Assembly: GCA_951406725.2 (NCBI GenBank)
Contig: OX597817.1
Span: 67,208,001 to 67,272,000 of the forward strand
Source: Octopus vulgaris
Taxonomy: Eukaryota
Direction: 5' to 3'
DNA length: 64,000 bases
The notes below the pieces were generated by a model. The model was not told the origin of the DNA and did not search any database. It worked only from the letters and a program-made list of their open reading frames with translations. The translations under genes and the position numbers were made by a program. Shown here one piece after another: positions 1 to 14,343 of this stretch. Position 1 is the first letter of the stretch. The number at the start of each line of letters is the position of its first letter.

Positions 1-111
1 TCCTCGCGTTCGGTACAATGTGTTTATTTATTATGATAGATTTGGCTTTAAGAGTCCCTCCTAGTGTGAGGCATTTATGTATAGTAATGCCCTTAATATA
101 AGTATATAATT

Positions 112-171
<60 letters not shown>

Positions 172-685
172 ACACAGAACCTTTTCGTCGGTGATATAAT
201 GCTTATAGCTTGAATTGACACTTATATGTTAATAATTTTGGAACTTCCGCTGTTTTCTCGCATCATTATGTTTTCTTGCTTGCATAATGCATATCATTGC
301 TTGAAATGGTCACCAAATTTTCGAAACAGCTGTAAAGACGTTGCGAGGACAATTTCTTTTCTTCTTAATGATATTGATGTTTATGTACATGAGAACAAAA
401 TTTTTGATGGCACCTATAGCTGCTTACCCACCTGTTGTTTTTTTATTATTCGCTCAGCCTATGCCTTTCTTATAGTCAACTTTTGTTAAGTTAGACATTT
501 TTCTCGTGGTTAGTATGCTAGATTTTAAGAATTAGGTCTGGTTCGAGCACTAATTTGGCGATTATCTATTCTACAACTTTACTGAAGTTTTCTTTTTTAC
601 ACATGTGTATAAGTGTGCGCGTGTGTGCGCATGTGAGTGTGAGTGTGTGTATACGTGTGTGTGAGTGTGTCTATGTGTACATATT

Positions 686-729
<44 letters not shown>

Positions 730-1759
730 TACATACACACATTCGCGTACACACAAAAGCACGCGCGTGTATGTTTGAGTGTGTATGTGTATATATATTT
801 ATATATATATAAATACAAACATACGTGTACACACACACACACACAGATCCACTCGTATGGCTCCTTATAAAATTAGGACCGTTGCTCAAAGTCCTATGCA
901 ATAAATACGAGGTAAGTGTTTGGGACCACTTGGATGCGAAGCGAATTCCCTAACCATACAGCCATGCGTGTACCAATATATTTCCTATCTTTCTCACTTT
1001 ATTCCAAATTGTATGAATTATCACATCTACCACTAACCATCTTTATTTATCTAAAAAGTAGCAATAATGTGTGTTGTAGAGAAAGAAAACTATTTAACTT
1101 TTCAGACAGAACCTTTTACTTACCAATAAATTTTGTTTTTGTTCATCTCATGACACACTAACAACATAACTCCTTTTGGAATTATAGTTGAATAGACTTT
1201 CGTCAACAAATTGCGACTAGACTCGTCAAATTCTTATCAGTCGCAGTCTTTATTTTGAGGTTCTTTTATAGTTTCTTCCCGATTTCTCTCAATATCTATT
1301 TTTCAATCTCTCCCAGCCCAGCTCTTTTCACCTCCCATCCTTCCTCTCTCTCCCTCGTCTCTCTCACAATCTTAAACACAGCTAATTTTATTTGCTAGCA
1401 ATCATACTAATAAAATAGCTGAAAAAAATGTCAAAGTTCAAAGGTCATATATAATGTTAAGTACAGAAATTCCAAAATGTTTTGAGTGTATGTGACTGAA
1501 ATCAATAAAGCGCTAAAATTAAGCTTTATTCATATCTTTCAGGTTCTTACTGCTGTCGGATATCAAGTTATTTATTGTTTTGTGTACGTGTGTGCGTGCA
1601 TGTGGATGTAATTTTGTAAATGTGTGTGTGTGTGTTAGTGTTATTTTGTATATTCTTGATCTGTGTATGAATACAATATCTTCTTATTGTGGTGTGTAAG
1701 TGTGTGTGTGTAGTGTTTGTGTGGTGGAATAGGTGAACAACAAAATAATCTGGCCTTAC

Positions 1760-1826
1760 CTCGGTTACTGACTTCCTACTCCAGGGCGTGTCAAGGTGGT
1801 CTCGAGGCAAAAATACCCGTTCTTTA
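1760..1826 (-). CDS. Candidate 67-nt internal coding exon of an unidentified host gene (xKERVFLPRDHLDTPWSRKSVTE)
   Basis: Minus strand reads ctctcttctcgttttcAG|taaagaacgg...aaccgag|GTAAGG: polypyrimidine tract, acceptor and donor around higher-GC, apparently non-repetitive sequence, with one open frame. No homology recognised. Confidence 0.35.
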
Positions 1827-2029
1827 CTGAAAACGAGAAGAGAGGTACAAATTTCAATGGCTTTCAGAAACGACGAACGCTAACCACCCTCTGGCATCTA
1901 ACTTTGTTACCATGGGCGGACATATAGATATCTGTCTATCACACAAGCTGAGCTTGATCTAAATATCTCTTTACAAAACAGTATGCTAACAAAGAATTAA
2001 GAATAAACAACCAAATATATTTTTAAAAT

Positions 2030-2480
2030 ACGATAAACCTTCACGGCCGTCATTGGTTCTACTCTCAAATTTTTCCACTCACACTCGACTACTATCAAAA
2101 AGCTTCGACTCCTCAGCCTGGGATGTTTTCTGTTTGGTTGTACCTGTGGAAATTTTTAATTTTAGTGAAAATTTTAAAATTTGGTGTATTTATGTTGTCT
2201 TCCATGCTGAATTCCAGGGGATACTTAGCTCTCTCCAGAAAAAAAAATTTAAGTTACAGAGTTTAAAAGTTTGATCATTTTTACACAGTCATAAAATTTG
2301 GAAGCTGTCATTTTGTGCGAAACAGCGCGTGTAAACAAATGAAATATTGACGCAATTCTGCTTTACTCACACCATATAAACCCCGCATAACTTTATTTAT
2401 TTTTTCGAATTTTCAGAAAATTTTGCGAATTTGTAATCTACACGCCGGAATTCATACGATTATGCAAAAATAAAAAACAT
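2030..2480. mobile_element. Interspersed repeat, probably a non-autonomous DNA transposon fragment; second copy at ~52192-52505
   Basis: Shares blocks with 52192-52505 (tccaYgctgaat..., acaaatgaaatattgRcgSaattctg..., gaattttcagaa...tacgat). Confidence 0.5.
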
Positions 2481-2529
2481 GCATTCCTACACATTCTATA
2501 TGCAGCTCTAGAGAAGAATTTGACATTCT

Positions 2530-4370
2530 ATTTGTCCAGTATTTTCAGTGATTCTCACCGAAATGTAGTACTGTGTCCATCAACAGCCATCTAACGGACG
2601 TCTCTCCGAAGATATTTCATTCAGCACCCTTACAATTTCAATGACAGACTCTACTCTGATCTCCCTTCACATAACCACTCATCCAGATCCAGATTCTAGT
2701 CATTCAGAGATGCAACCCTTGCCTATAATGCGTCACATAAATTGCCAATTTCTTCCAGTTGTTTTTCACAATAGTAATTCGCCTCTGTCCATCTTATCTC
2801 CCAGCTTGTCCCCCACAAGCTCTACTTTTTACATGGCTGCTTGCAGTTCTGAGCCATCCAGTGATAAATATAATGGCCTAATATCTTCCTACAAATCGAG
2901 AATAGTTTCTGTTGACTCTGATCAACATACAGTTCTAGAATTTTATTTCTGAAATACCAACTTACTCGCCCTGTATTTCTTCAGCTTTAGCCCCAATGCT
3001 GTTCTCTTTACCACTGTTTCTGGTGTCTTTGCAGTGAGTCCCAAACTTTTCAGATGACCTGTATACTCTGCCACTGTCGTCCACCAAAACACTATCTAGT
3101 TAAAAGTTAGTAGGCCTTTTCGTTGTCTCACTTTCCCAATATCGTTTTAAAGAGAGTCGCTATTATCTTTAGCGGAGAGTTCAGCCTGAACCCCATCCTT
3201 GTTAAACTATGTCTTGCCCTTATATTTCACCAGTTGGTATTTCTATAATTTCTTAGCTACATGAAGCGATAGGGAGCTGATTTTAAACAAAAAATTGTAG
3301 GGGGTCCAATCATTTAACCCTTCCCCCATAAAGTCTTCTCACATGCATTTTTGATCACAATGATAAGTCACATAACATTTTAACTCCCGAAAGTCTAATG
3401 TTGGCCAGGCTTATTTTTTGTGCTCTGCATTACGGCCCTCAGTGACAACACTCTATCTTCCATTTCTTCACTACAATGCATTAGAATAACTCTTCAAATC
3501 TATCTTCCCTTCGATTTCGACTTTCACTGCCCCCAACTTTTTTTTTTTTGGTGAACACGTATCAGCTCACATATTTTCGAACGTCAAAATCTTTCCCCAC
3601 CAGAACCATTTGACTACGAATTTCCTGCTGTCAAACTCCTTACAGAAATCCTTATCTTCGATAAAAAATTATAATCCCTTACCTGCAGCTGACTTCAACA
3701 ATTAAACAGTTACCACTTTGGTACTACATTCACTGCACATTGTACCTCCACCCCCATTTTGGCAGCACAGTCGCAGCTGTCCCTTTAACTACAACCCCAT
3801 TATTGATTGTGACACATCTAGGTCCGCCGATCACATTCATAAATATCCCCACGACTGCACCCTCATCAGTGTAGTTAATCGCGATGAACTGGGCCTTCAG
3901 CAGGGTTCCATATATCGTCAATTCTATACTCATACCACCCCAGTTATCCACCATTCACCATGTCACAAAATAGTTGTACATTTCGTGTCAACGAGAGCTC
4001 CCGCTCTTGCCTCCCAGTATTTCCTTTTTGGGCAGCGGACACAGACGCCTCTACACAAGGAACAGTTTAGCTACACTCATAATACCCAACCCTTTCGATT
4101 GTTTTCCTGGCTTTAATAGCTCTTTATATTTCTTATCAAGAAGGGAAGACAAATCAACTGAGAAACAGTGAGTAGCGCTTATTACTTCACTATCACGGTA
4201 CATATCTGCCTTAGGGGCCCTCATTCCAGATTTTTTTTATAGGTTTTACTCCCTCTGCCTTTTCTTAACGCTCAATAAATTACCCTAATGGGCAATATTA
4301 TAGTCAGAGCGGCTTGTGCAGAACCAGCTACACTATATTGTCCCACAGCTTGTATTTTCTGGTGCAAATA
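2530..4370 (-). mobile_element. Decayed Ty3/Gypsy LTR retrotransposon gag-pol remnant (protease, RT, integrase fragments)
   Basis: Minus-strand fragments: ALVDTKCTT (retropepsin DTG-like, ~3975-4000), EDKDFCKEFDSRKFVVKWFW, LDFREL, KYQLVKYKGK..LTRMGFRLNS (RT), GWLRTASSHVK, IVRVLNEI (integrase-like). Many stops, frameshifts and an internal deletion. Confidence 0.8.
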
Positions 4371-4956
4371 ATGTCACGAGCCAGTGGTTGTCAGGATTTG
4401 TACGGAGTTACCTTCTCTTAGATGAGCAGCTAAAGAGCTGAAGGGCCTCATCTGCCCTTGGTCCGGTGGGATGTCTGCGAGTGACCTTCCGAAGGCACTT
4501 CCGTGACATGGTAATTAATCCACAGCTGAGACTCAGACAGGTATTACTATTCTAGGTCAGAGCCGACCGGGGAACAGTAGAGGCTAAGAGGTGGTTCTAT
4601 AATCCTCAAAACTCTGAATCTCCCAAACCAGGGTTCCCCTATCAGTCACAACGTGGACATATATATATATATAATATTGTACGGTTAAAGAAGTTGTATT
4701 CCGAAAAAAAAAAGAAGAAAAACGACAGCGTTGTCTTTGCTAGAATACTTTTGATTATAAGTCCGCCGAATCAGAGTAGATTTGGGACTAAACAACAATT
4801 TGTGACACATGTTTAGAATATATTTACGGTAATTAAGATACAGGTAAGCTACCGGTAATCTGAAGCCATTTCATTTCCTACTACATGAGAATGTATTCGT
4901 GCAAGTCATATTAAGTCAACAAGTATGGTTGCGCAAGTCACAGGTCTGAGATAGAA

Positions 4957-5036
<80 letters not shown>

Positions 5037-6012
5037 AAAGAATAATGTTTTCCCCCACTCAAGTGAAGGGACAGATCCTAAACGTCAAATTATTCTTTAC
5101 CCTACATTGTATAAATTTAAATAAACTCACAATCACTGCTATACAATTTTCATCAACGTAGACAATCACCATTGTTTTTTATTTTACTTCTTGTAATATG
5201 ACCGTGTCCATCCCAGTTTTAGAATAAGTTCATTATATGCCCGTGTGTCGTTAAAGGCAACTAAAAGTGTTGAAGGACATCAGGCCACAAAAAACCAATT
5301 CGAAAAGCGAACCAAGATGATTAAGATTCGATATCTGTTTGAGTATCACACTTTTAACCACCTAAAATATGAAACGAAATCGAAGACGATCGAAGTTTTT
5401 AACGTAATGGAACAATTCCTTTGCTCAGTTAGAAGTCAATTATTTTGTAGAGGAAAGTAATCATCTGAGTTTATCCATTGTGCATATTTATTTATTTATT
5501 TATTTATTTATTGACCTCTCTAACTTGAAAGGGAATTCAAACTCTCAGCGCGCAGGATACTAATAAATATTGTACCATCTTTGGTTTCTGATTCTGTCAT
5601 ATCTGCCATCTTGGAATATTGTACAATTAATGCTTCTGTTGTGTTATGGTTTCAGTCTCAGATTAGCACTGATAGAGCAGATATAATACGAAAGGCGTTT
5701 TGCTCCTTTTAGATATAATCTATCTAGATATACATTATCCATTGCGGTTGCACTTTTGAAATAGAATATTGTGATCTGAGGTAGAATTGTCTCTTAATTT
5801 CTAGCAGGTCGAGTTTAAACGTATTCGTATGCCAGGTCTGTAGAAGAGTGATGTTCATCATGCTGATTTGACCTGTATAGTCTACATGAAAACGAATGGA
5901 AGATCTAGCGCGGTCGCTTGACCTGCCTGAAGTAGCAGTGAAATTTCCATTAAAACATATTATGCTGTCTTAAATAAAAATGACACCTACTTAGTATAAT
6001 GTAGCATTAGGT

Positions 6013-6230
6013 CAGTAATTCTCAACCATTTTTTACCTGTGGAACCCTTTGATTGCTATTTTTACTCGGATGAATCCTTATAACCATTCGAGGATAAAGA
6101 TACTATCAGGAATTGTATTTAAAAAATTGTTAAAATTTTTCGTGTGTTGTAGAAGTAAAGCCAGTTTACTGTACATCAACTTATATATGGGACCCCCAAA
6201 AACCATATGTACCCCGGTTGAGAACCACTG
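6013..6230. mobile_element. hAT (Charlie-like) MITE
   Basis: Imperfect TIRs cagtaattctcaacc / ggttgagaaccactg; degenerate 8-bp TSD cattaggt/tattagat. Confidence 0.65.
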
Positions 6231-7525
6231 TATTAGATAGATGGTATCTGGGGTACAAAAAAAAAAGAAAGAGTGACCAATGGACCATTGCTGGAATGCT
6301 TTCTGTCAGAAAATTGCTCAATCACGACAGAATTTGTGTTTAACTACATCAACAGCAACAACAAAAAGACGAAGTCGTTAAAATTTTGTTCTAAGAACTC
6401 ACTAGTTTACGAAAGCTCACAGATTGTTGATATATTTTTTGGTAATTGTTTCATTCTTTCTCATAAAGACAACATCCAAACTGATGCCTCAGACTGTTTT
6501 CCCCTCTTTTTTTTTTTCGCTCTTGAAATAACACAACTTACACCAAAGACCACCCAAAGAAACCTTGTTATAGAATAAAATAAAATAGTTAACAAAAAAA
6601 AAAACTATTTGCATTCATTCTTTCGTTGAATTTATCGCTTTTGTTTTTTTTAATTTTACCCTTCATTTACTGTTGTTTCTTTTTTCACATAATTATTTTT
6701 CCCTACTTCCCCAAAATTCCAAGAAAGGCAGGTTTTTGATAATTTTATTTTGAGAATCTAAGTTTCAATGCTTTGTTGCTTAAAGAAGTTGCTTCATGAA
6801 ATAGTGAGACTTTAACATGTAGATGTTTACGGTTATTTTACAGATTATTATTATTGCTGTTGTTGCTGCTGTTGTTGTTGTTGTGTCTACTATCGTTATT
6901 GTTCTTTTTTATTCTTGCGATGTCTTCATCAGAAACCTCACCCAAGGATTCATTTCTTCGCTTAGTTACTTTAACAACAAAATGAATTAAAAATAAAACC
7001 CTTGTTTTATTCATTTTCATACTTGTGTTTTTTTTCTTTTACAATCTCGTATTTCGTAAACAATTTCCGATCCGCCCAACCAAAGTCTGAATCCTTTTTT
7101 TTTCCTCAGTTACACCAATATATCATAAACGGAGTATATCCTGTGTGACATCTTTTTTATTTAACGAAACCTTCTTTCTGTCTCGTCAAAAAAAGGAGGA
7201 AAAATTACGGGAAATGATTAAAGTTTAGGCTATACCGGGGCAAAAATATCTGCTGATTCTGGAGGGGGTGGGAAAGAGAATACATTTCTTTATTCAACTT
7301 ATCTATAAATAATGTCTCTCAGTTGTTCCTCATAATTCTGTTTCTCTCCGTCTGTCTCTGTATCTCTATCTCTCTGTCTCCCTCTCTCCCTCTCTCCTCG
7401 CTCCCTCTGTCTCTATATCTCTCCCACCTCTGCCCCTCTCTCTGCGCATCGGTCTCTCACTGTTTCTCACTTCCTGACACAAACCCATTTTCTCTCTTCT
7501 GCCCAACTCTCTTTTTGTTCCAGTC

Positions 7526-7742
7526 TACGAAGAGGTACTGAAAATTTCCTGGCCTTGGGTAAAAGAAAATACAATAGAATTAGTTAATTATGATTTTATT
7601 CAAATTATTCCCCTCTCAGAATCACATACTGCAACGGTCCTTCAGGGTTTCAAAGCCCTGTAAAAGAACTCGGAAGGTTGGGCCTCCAACCAGGCCTTTC
7701 GCAAAACCCTTAAAGCCAAGAACTTTTCAGCTTCCCCTCGTA
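7526..7742. mobile_element. Tc1/mariner-type MITE
   Basis: TA-flanked imperfect TIRs tacgaagaggtactgaaaatttcctggc / gccaagaacttttcagcttcccctcgta. Confidence 0.7.
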
Positions 7743-7787
7743 TATCTCATGGTATTTAATTCTCACGCGAATCTCTCTACTCCCTTT

Positions 7788-8478
<691 letters not shown>

Positions 8479-8935
8479 CAAGATCGAGATATACAGACAC
8501 AGAAAGCTTAATCCAACTATCACAAAATCCATCAACTCTTCCTTCCTTTCTTTTTCTTCCTTTTTTTCCCTGTCTGTGTGTCTGTCACGTTTTCCGTTCA
8601 CATTTATTTATCTTCACTTTCTTTTCTAAGTTTGTCTCAAGTTTTCCCTCACATTTATTTCCTTGACGCCCCCTTCTAAATAATATCTACCCTCTTTTTA
8701 CTTACCCGTAATTTTCTGTCATTTACTTTCATTGCCGTTTCAAATGAAATCGTGTTCAAATCAGGTACATAGAGATTATTCTATTTATTTCTGTCATTTT
8801 TCATTAAACGTTGTTTTAATAACGTATAAAATTAAATAAAACAAGTTTTTCCAGACTTTCTAAATCTCAGCAAATTTTTTCCTGTTTATACACACACACA
8901 TACGTACACACACATACACATGGAAATATATATGC

Positions 8936-9025
<90 letters not shown>

Positions 9026-9052
9026 ATACATATATGTATTAATATATGTTAA

Positions 9053-9129
<77 letters not shown>

Positions 9130-9130
<1 letters not shown>

Positions 9131-9478
9131 CTGCTCATATCCTAAGAAAAATATTGTCTATGTGATTCCAAAAACATTTTAATCTGTGGACATTATCAAA
9201 AGTACTTTTAAATATACATAATAGCCAACACCTTTTAATGTCATCTTAAAATCACACTATCATCTTACCATCAAATTACTTTTAAAACAAACTATGAATA
9301 TTCTTATGTTTTGACACACACTCTCTAGAACAGCACTCTGTGCAAAACCAAAAGTATGGTATCCTAGTCATAATATCGACTTGAACATCTAAGTTGTTGT
9401 CTCTTAAGGTCTCTGGGTGAGACCTGCAGTCAACTTGTACAAATACAAAGCAAAAGCCAAACATAATATTATAATAAT
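9130..9478 (+). mobile_element. R4/Dong-clade LINE extreme 3' end
   Basis: Starts right after (AAT)n with [11 protein letters not shown] (typical C-terminus), followed by a 3' UTR ending in an ata-rich tail. Confidence 0.6.
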
Positions 9479-9489
9479 ATCAATATTTA

Positions 9490-10637
9490 TATACTCAGCA
9501 GCCTTTGTAGATTGGACGAAAACTGAATTAGTAAAGCTAGACAGAAGAACTAGGAAGGAATTCAATATGAATGGTGGACTCCACCCAAGGGCAGGAGTAG
9601 CAAGATTATATTTACCTAGAAAAGAAGGCTGAAGAGGGTTAATATCAGAAGATTGCGTAGGGTTAGCTAGAGTAGATATGGACTTCTATGTAGGTAATAG
9701 TGAAGAAAGTTTATTAAAAACTGCAAGAATCACAGCAAGATGTAGGGAAACCAAAAACCTAAGCGAAGTTAAAAAGAGAAAAAAGAACAGAAATTATCTG
9801 ACTGGCGTTGCACGGTAGATTCCCAAAGATAGTTACAGCAAATAGTAGTAGTGAGACATGGCTATGGTGGCAGAAAGGAAAGATGAAAAGGGAGACAGAA
9901 AGTTTGTTAGTAGCTACACAAGATCATGCATTAAGGACTAATTGGATAAAATTATGGTTAATTTTAGATAATTTTAGATAATTGGATAAACTTAAGTTTA
10001 AAAACCAAGTAGATTCCCAATGTAGATTATGTAAATCAAAAGAGGAAAGCGTACTCGTATAGTAAGTGAATGTAGCATGCTGGCACGGAAAATATACAAT
10101 AAAAGATATGACAACTTAGGGAGAGTAATTCACCGGGAGTTACGTAGAAAGCTAGGATTTAAATATACTCATAAATGGTATGAATATGAACCTAATAAAG
10201 TACTAGAAAGCAAGAACTATAAGTTGTTGTGGGACTTTAACATTCAGCCTGACAGAGTAATAGAAGCTAGATTTAGCCATAGTAGATAAAGAGGATAGAA
10301 AGTGCTAGATAATTGACTTTACAGTCCTAAATGATGAAAAAAATCAATATGAGAGGTATTAAAAAATAGCTAAGTACCAGAACCTTGCCGTTGAATTACA
10401 GAGACTATGGAAAGTGCGAGTAAAATGTATCCCTAAAGACCTGAACAGATGGATAAAAGAAATAGGCATAAAACTCAGTTTAGTACAGCTCCAGAAAACA
10501 GTGTTGTTAGGGACAGCTAGAATACTTAGGAGGGTTCTTGGCATCCAAGATTATTTGTTGTAGTCCGATGTCAGGAATCTTTCTTTTCTAGCAGTCTAAT
10601 CTGTTGTGTGTATATGAAAATAATGATAACAATGATA

Positions 10638-10730
<93 letters not shown>
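9490..10730 (+). mobile_element. R4/Dong-clade LINE 3' fragment (post-RT, CCHC knuckle, RLE endonuclease) ending in (TAA)n
   Basis: YSAAFVDWTKTELVKLDRRTRK..LHPRAGVARLYLPRKEG; KRETESLLVATQDHALRTN; CRLC..ECSMLARKIYNKRYDN; LLWDFNIQPDRVIEAR; KYQNLAVELQRLW; LQKTVLLGTARILRRVL. Confidence 0.9.
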
Positions 10731-10732
<2 letters not shown>

Positions 10733-10769
10733 CAAGAGACAAAAACTTTCAAGAACAAGCCCTTAGAAT

Positions 10770-10945
10770 GAATCCAGTATAGGCAAAGATCGACAAAACT
10801 CAACAAATGTCAGCAAATGTAGAATATGCAAGGAAAGAGACGACAGTACCAACCACCTTTTGAGTGAGTGCAGTATACTAGCACAAAAGGAGTATAAATG
10901 CAGAGATGACTGTAGGCAAAAGAGTGCATTGTGATGTTAGCGCTT
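10770..10945 (+). mobile_element. R4/Dong LINE fragment (zinc knuckle)
   Basis: SKCRICKERDDSTNHLLSECSILAQKEYKCR. Confidence 0.75.
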
Positions 10946-11345
10946 CCGTATATGGAGTGTTTCTTTTAGAACTTCAACTTGCACTGAACTAATTATTTAT
11001 ATACTTATTTTCGAAGATATTCCATATCGTTAAACAATATTTTCATATGTATACCTCTGTGTACAAATACATACATACATATGGTGATCTTTTCATCTTC
11101 AAAGATAATTACCGTCTTTTTGTACTTCCTCGTTCTCAACGGTATTTCTGACTTCCGTTCATGACCTCTCAAATGACTGTTCAGTTCTGCTGCAAATCAA
11201 TCTGTATGATTTCAAGCAACTGACGAATGCTGTAGCTTACTGTGCGCTTCCAACTGGTTAGGGCTGCTCACGTCACCACCTTTCCATCACCATAAGACTT
11301 TTACTTAATAGAATGATAAATTTGGTCACCATAAATTGGTCACCA

Positions 11346-11530
11346 TAGGCGTAGGGGTGGCTGTGTGGTAAGTAACTTGCTTGCGAACCACATGGTTCCA
11401 GGTTCAGTCCCACTGCGTGGCACCTTGGGCAAGTGTCTTCTGCTATAGCTTCGGGCCGACCAAAGCCTTGTGAGTGGATTTGGTAGACGGAAACTGAAAG
11501 GAGCCCGTCGTATATATATATGTATATATG

Positions 11531-11585
<55 letters not shown>

Positions 11586-11790
11586 CCCCCCCCCAACATC
11601 GCTTGACAACTGATGCTGGTGTGCTTACGTCCCCGTAACCTAGCGGTTCGGCAAAAAGAGACCGATAGAATAAGTACTAGGCTTACAAAGAATAAGTCCT
11701 GAGGTCGATTTGCTCGATTAAAGGCGGTGCTCCAGCATGGCCACAGTCAAATGATTGAAACAAGTAAAAGAGTAAAAAGAGTAAAAAGTA
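11346..11790 (+). mobile_element. tRNA-derived SINE family A (CORE-like domain, internal TA microsatellite, CR1-type tail), full length
   Basis: A/B boxes tggctgtgtgg / gttcagtcc, gcaccttgggcaagtgtcttct core, tail ggcggtgctccagcatggccacagtcaaatgattgaaac; several near-identical copies in the window. Confidence 0.9.
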
Positions 11791-12814
11791 TAAAGAGACA
11801 TCTGCACATCATTTGATTACACCTATAAACTCTAGTACAATTCTAGTTCCACTTGTCGAGTCCCCATGATTAGTGATCTTACCTTGTGATGAACCGAAGC
11901 GAGATGACCAGTAATCACGTGAAACCGCAATTTTGCATCAGTGTCCCTCTTCTGGCAGGATGCTGTGACAACAACAATAGAACCCTCACACCGAGTAGTT
12001 TTACTACGTGCCCTGACATCAACCAAGGTTATTTCTGTGTCACCGCACTCAGATGAATTACACATCACATATGCTAGCTAACTCATAGCCCTGACAGGTG
12101 CTACTGCTCCGGGTTAGAGTAGACTACCCGGAAACACTGGTTTTTCGTTTATCTATCAGATGTAGTTGTCCATTCATCGATAAACATACCCTCTTTGTAC
12201 ACTCACACTCACACACACACATACATGCATGTGAGTGTATTGAACAACCGAAGCTAAAACAGAAAACACGATCTATGATACTGCGCTATGGGATCAATCC
12301 CGAAACCACGCCTTTGCGAAGTTAATTTCTTAACCGCTTGGCTCTGCTATATTATAGTCTTTTTTTTAATTCATTATGTTAATTCTGATGTTTATTTAGT
12401 TAATTTTTTTTTCTATTTGATTCATAGTAAATTATATGGCCACCCACATCTGATTACTCTAAAACACTTAGGGTGGTCTGATATTTCTGAGATGAAATGT
12501 CAGATTTTTGCTTTTATCTGATCATATGGAAGGATAATTTTTTTCATTATTTTGTGAAACAAAACTTTATTATCTGATTGCATTCCTTTTTGGGAGATCT
12601 GATCCAAATTGTAACCCGAAATAGAAAAACAAAATAAAATAAATAAATAATTAAACATTTAATATGTAAATTCCACAATTAGATATTTGTATGAGCAAAT
12701 ATGCATGCGACCTTAAATGACTGATATGGAACACATGTCACGTTACTCTTTTACTGATTTCGGTCGTTGTAACAAAGCCTCATGCTTTAGCAACAGTATT
12801 AAAGGTTTCAATTT

Positions 12815-12955
12815 CCAGAGAAGGGGGTTAGTCGAACCTAGCACTTAACTTGTACTTTAGTTTATTAACCCCAAAAAAATGATAGGCAAAGGTGAACTCA
12901 GCATGATTTGAACTCAGAACCTAAAAAGTCGGAAGGAATACCGCAAAGCATTTTT
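12815..12955 (-). mobile_element. SINE family B, decayed
   Basis: Matches reverse complement of 19712-19925 (aggcaaaggtgaactcagcatgatttgaactcagaac). Confidence 0.6.
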
Positions 12956-13396
12956 TGAAGGCTTTGACGATTTTAGTAAAAGTATAACAAAGGAGTTTCT
13001 AGAAATGCAGTCTTTGTCGGGAAATAGAACAAATCTGGTTGCACCTTAGAGAAAGCAAAACACAGATTGACGCCGGCTGGAATTGATAAAGAACACGAAA
13101 TATTTTCACTCGAATCATATCCACCAAAAGATTAATCCGTTAATAATGAAATAAAGTTATGGAAAAGTATGATGATGGTGGTGATGATGATGATGATGAT
13201 GATGATGGGGGTGATGACGATGATAGTATATGCGTATGTACAAATATTCCCCCACTCATTCACATACTCACATGAACATACACTTGTACAACTATGCATA
13301 CATACATTGAATCAGAAAAAATTCCCTGTCCTACCTTCCTGCTGACCAATCTGCTTTGTCTACCTTTTTCCGGTTTTTGCAAGCAAAATGTCGCAT

Positions 13397-13443
<47 letters not shown>

Positions 13444-13734
13444 AACAATTTAAGGAAGGTCGGTGTCAGAGTCCAGCATTACAGTTTCATTGCTGAAAGC
13501 ATAAAAGGTCAAAGGTTAGTATGTGTGTATATACAAATACACACATACATAACAAACACGCGTACACACACACACATTCCTCTCTTCAGCAATCCATTCT
13601 CTTATTCGCGTATCTGTCCGTTCATCCATCCACTATGCCATACATACACACACACAAACACACACATACATACATATTTTTGGAATTCACACAAGCATAA
13701 ATAGCAAGAGTACATACGCACAAACATAATCATA

Positions 13735-13887
13735 CGTACGTACGTACATACATACATACATACATACATACATACATACATACATACATACATACATACA
13801 TACATACATACATACATACATACATACATACATACATACATACATACATACATACATACATACATACATACGTACATACATACATAC
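13735..13887. repeat. (TACA)n microsatellite
   Basis: Directly visible. Confidence 0.95.
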
Positions 13888-14304
13888 AAGGCCAGATTAA
13901 GACTCATAGAACACTAAGGAATATTTTGGTTCCCCCCATATACATGTAATTCAAAATATAAAGAATAATAAACCATAGAATAAACTTTTATTATTCCGAA
14001 TGAAACAGAACTCACAGTAAGATGGAAAATAATCATTATTTTTGTGTAGTTTCACTTTACTCATAAGTAAAAAGTTTTTTCCTACGTTTTTTAATTGCAA
14101 AGTATTTGATCAGATCCTCAAAATGAATCTTAAGTAAGACGTTGCTTCTATATTTGGTAGCGATAAGACATTCCGATTATTATTTTAGCAAGCTTAATGT
14201 GATTACTTTTGTGCCGTCAACCATTTACCATTTCTGTGGTGCTCCTCCTCTTCCCTTGATAACCTAATCACGTCCTTATTTTGCTTAATGGTTAATCCAG
14301 CACT
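13887..14304. mobile_element. Probable hAT-type MITE
   Basis: Imperfect TIRs caaggccagattaa / ttaatccagcact. Confidence 0.45.
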
Positions 14305-14305
14305 A

Positions 14306-14343
<38 letters not shown>

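Noticed and set aside
295-340. cGAAA-cagctg-TA-aag hammerhead 3' half
   Set aside because: No convincing CUGANGA-type core or stem II upstream; at most a heavily decayed copy.
4380-4660. Structured GC-richer segment next to the Gypsy remnant (LTR or RTE 5' ribozyme?)
   Set aside because: No second LTR or PBS seen, and it could not be fitted to HDV-like or twister consensus by eye.
5055-5090. ggga-caga-tcct-aaacgtc hammerhead-like remnant
   Set aside because: Core, G12 and stem I are all broken.
6838-6970. Minus-strand Asn-rich ORF end and a CTGATGA match
   Set aside because: Weak AAG acceptor and low-complexity tail; the CTGATGA has no stem II or GAAA partner.
11883-11963. Possible minus-strand exon (cacag|...aag|GTAAGA)
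   Set aside because: Poor polypyrimidine tract, no recognisable peptide, and adjacent to repeat-like sequence.
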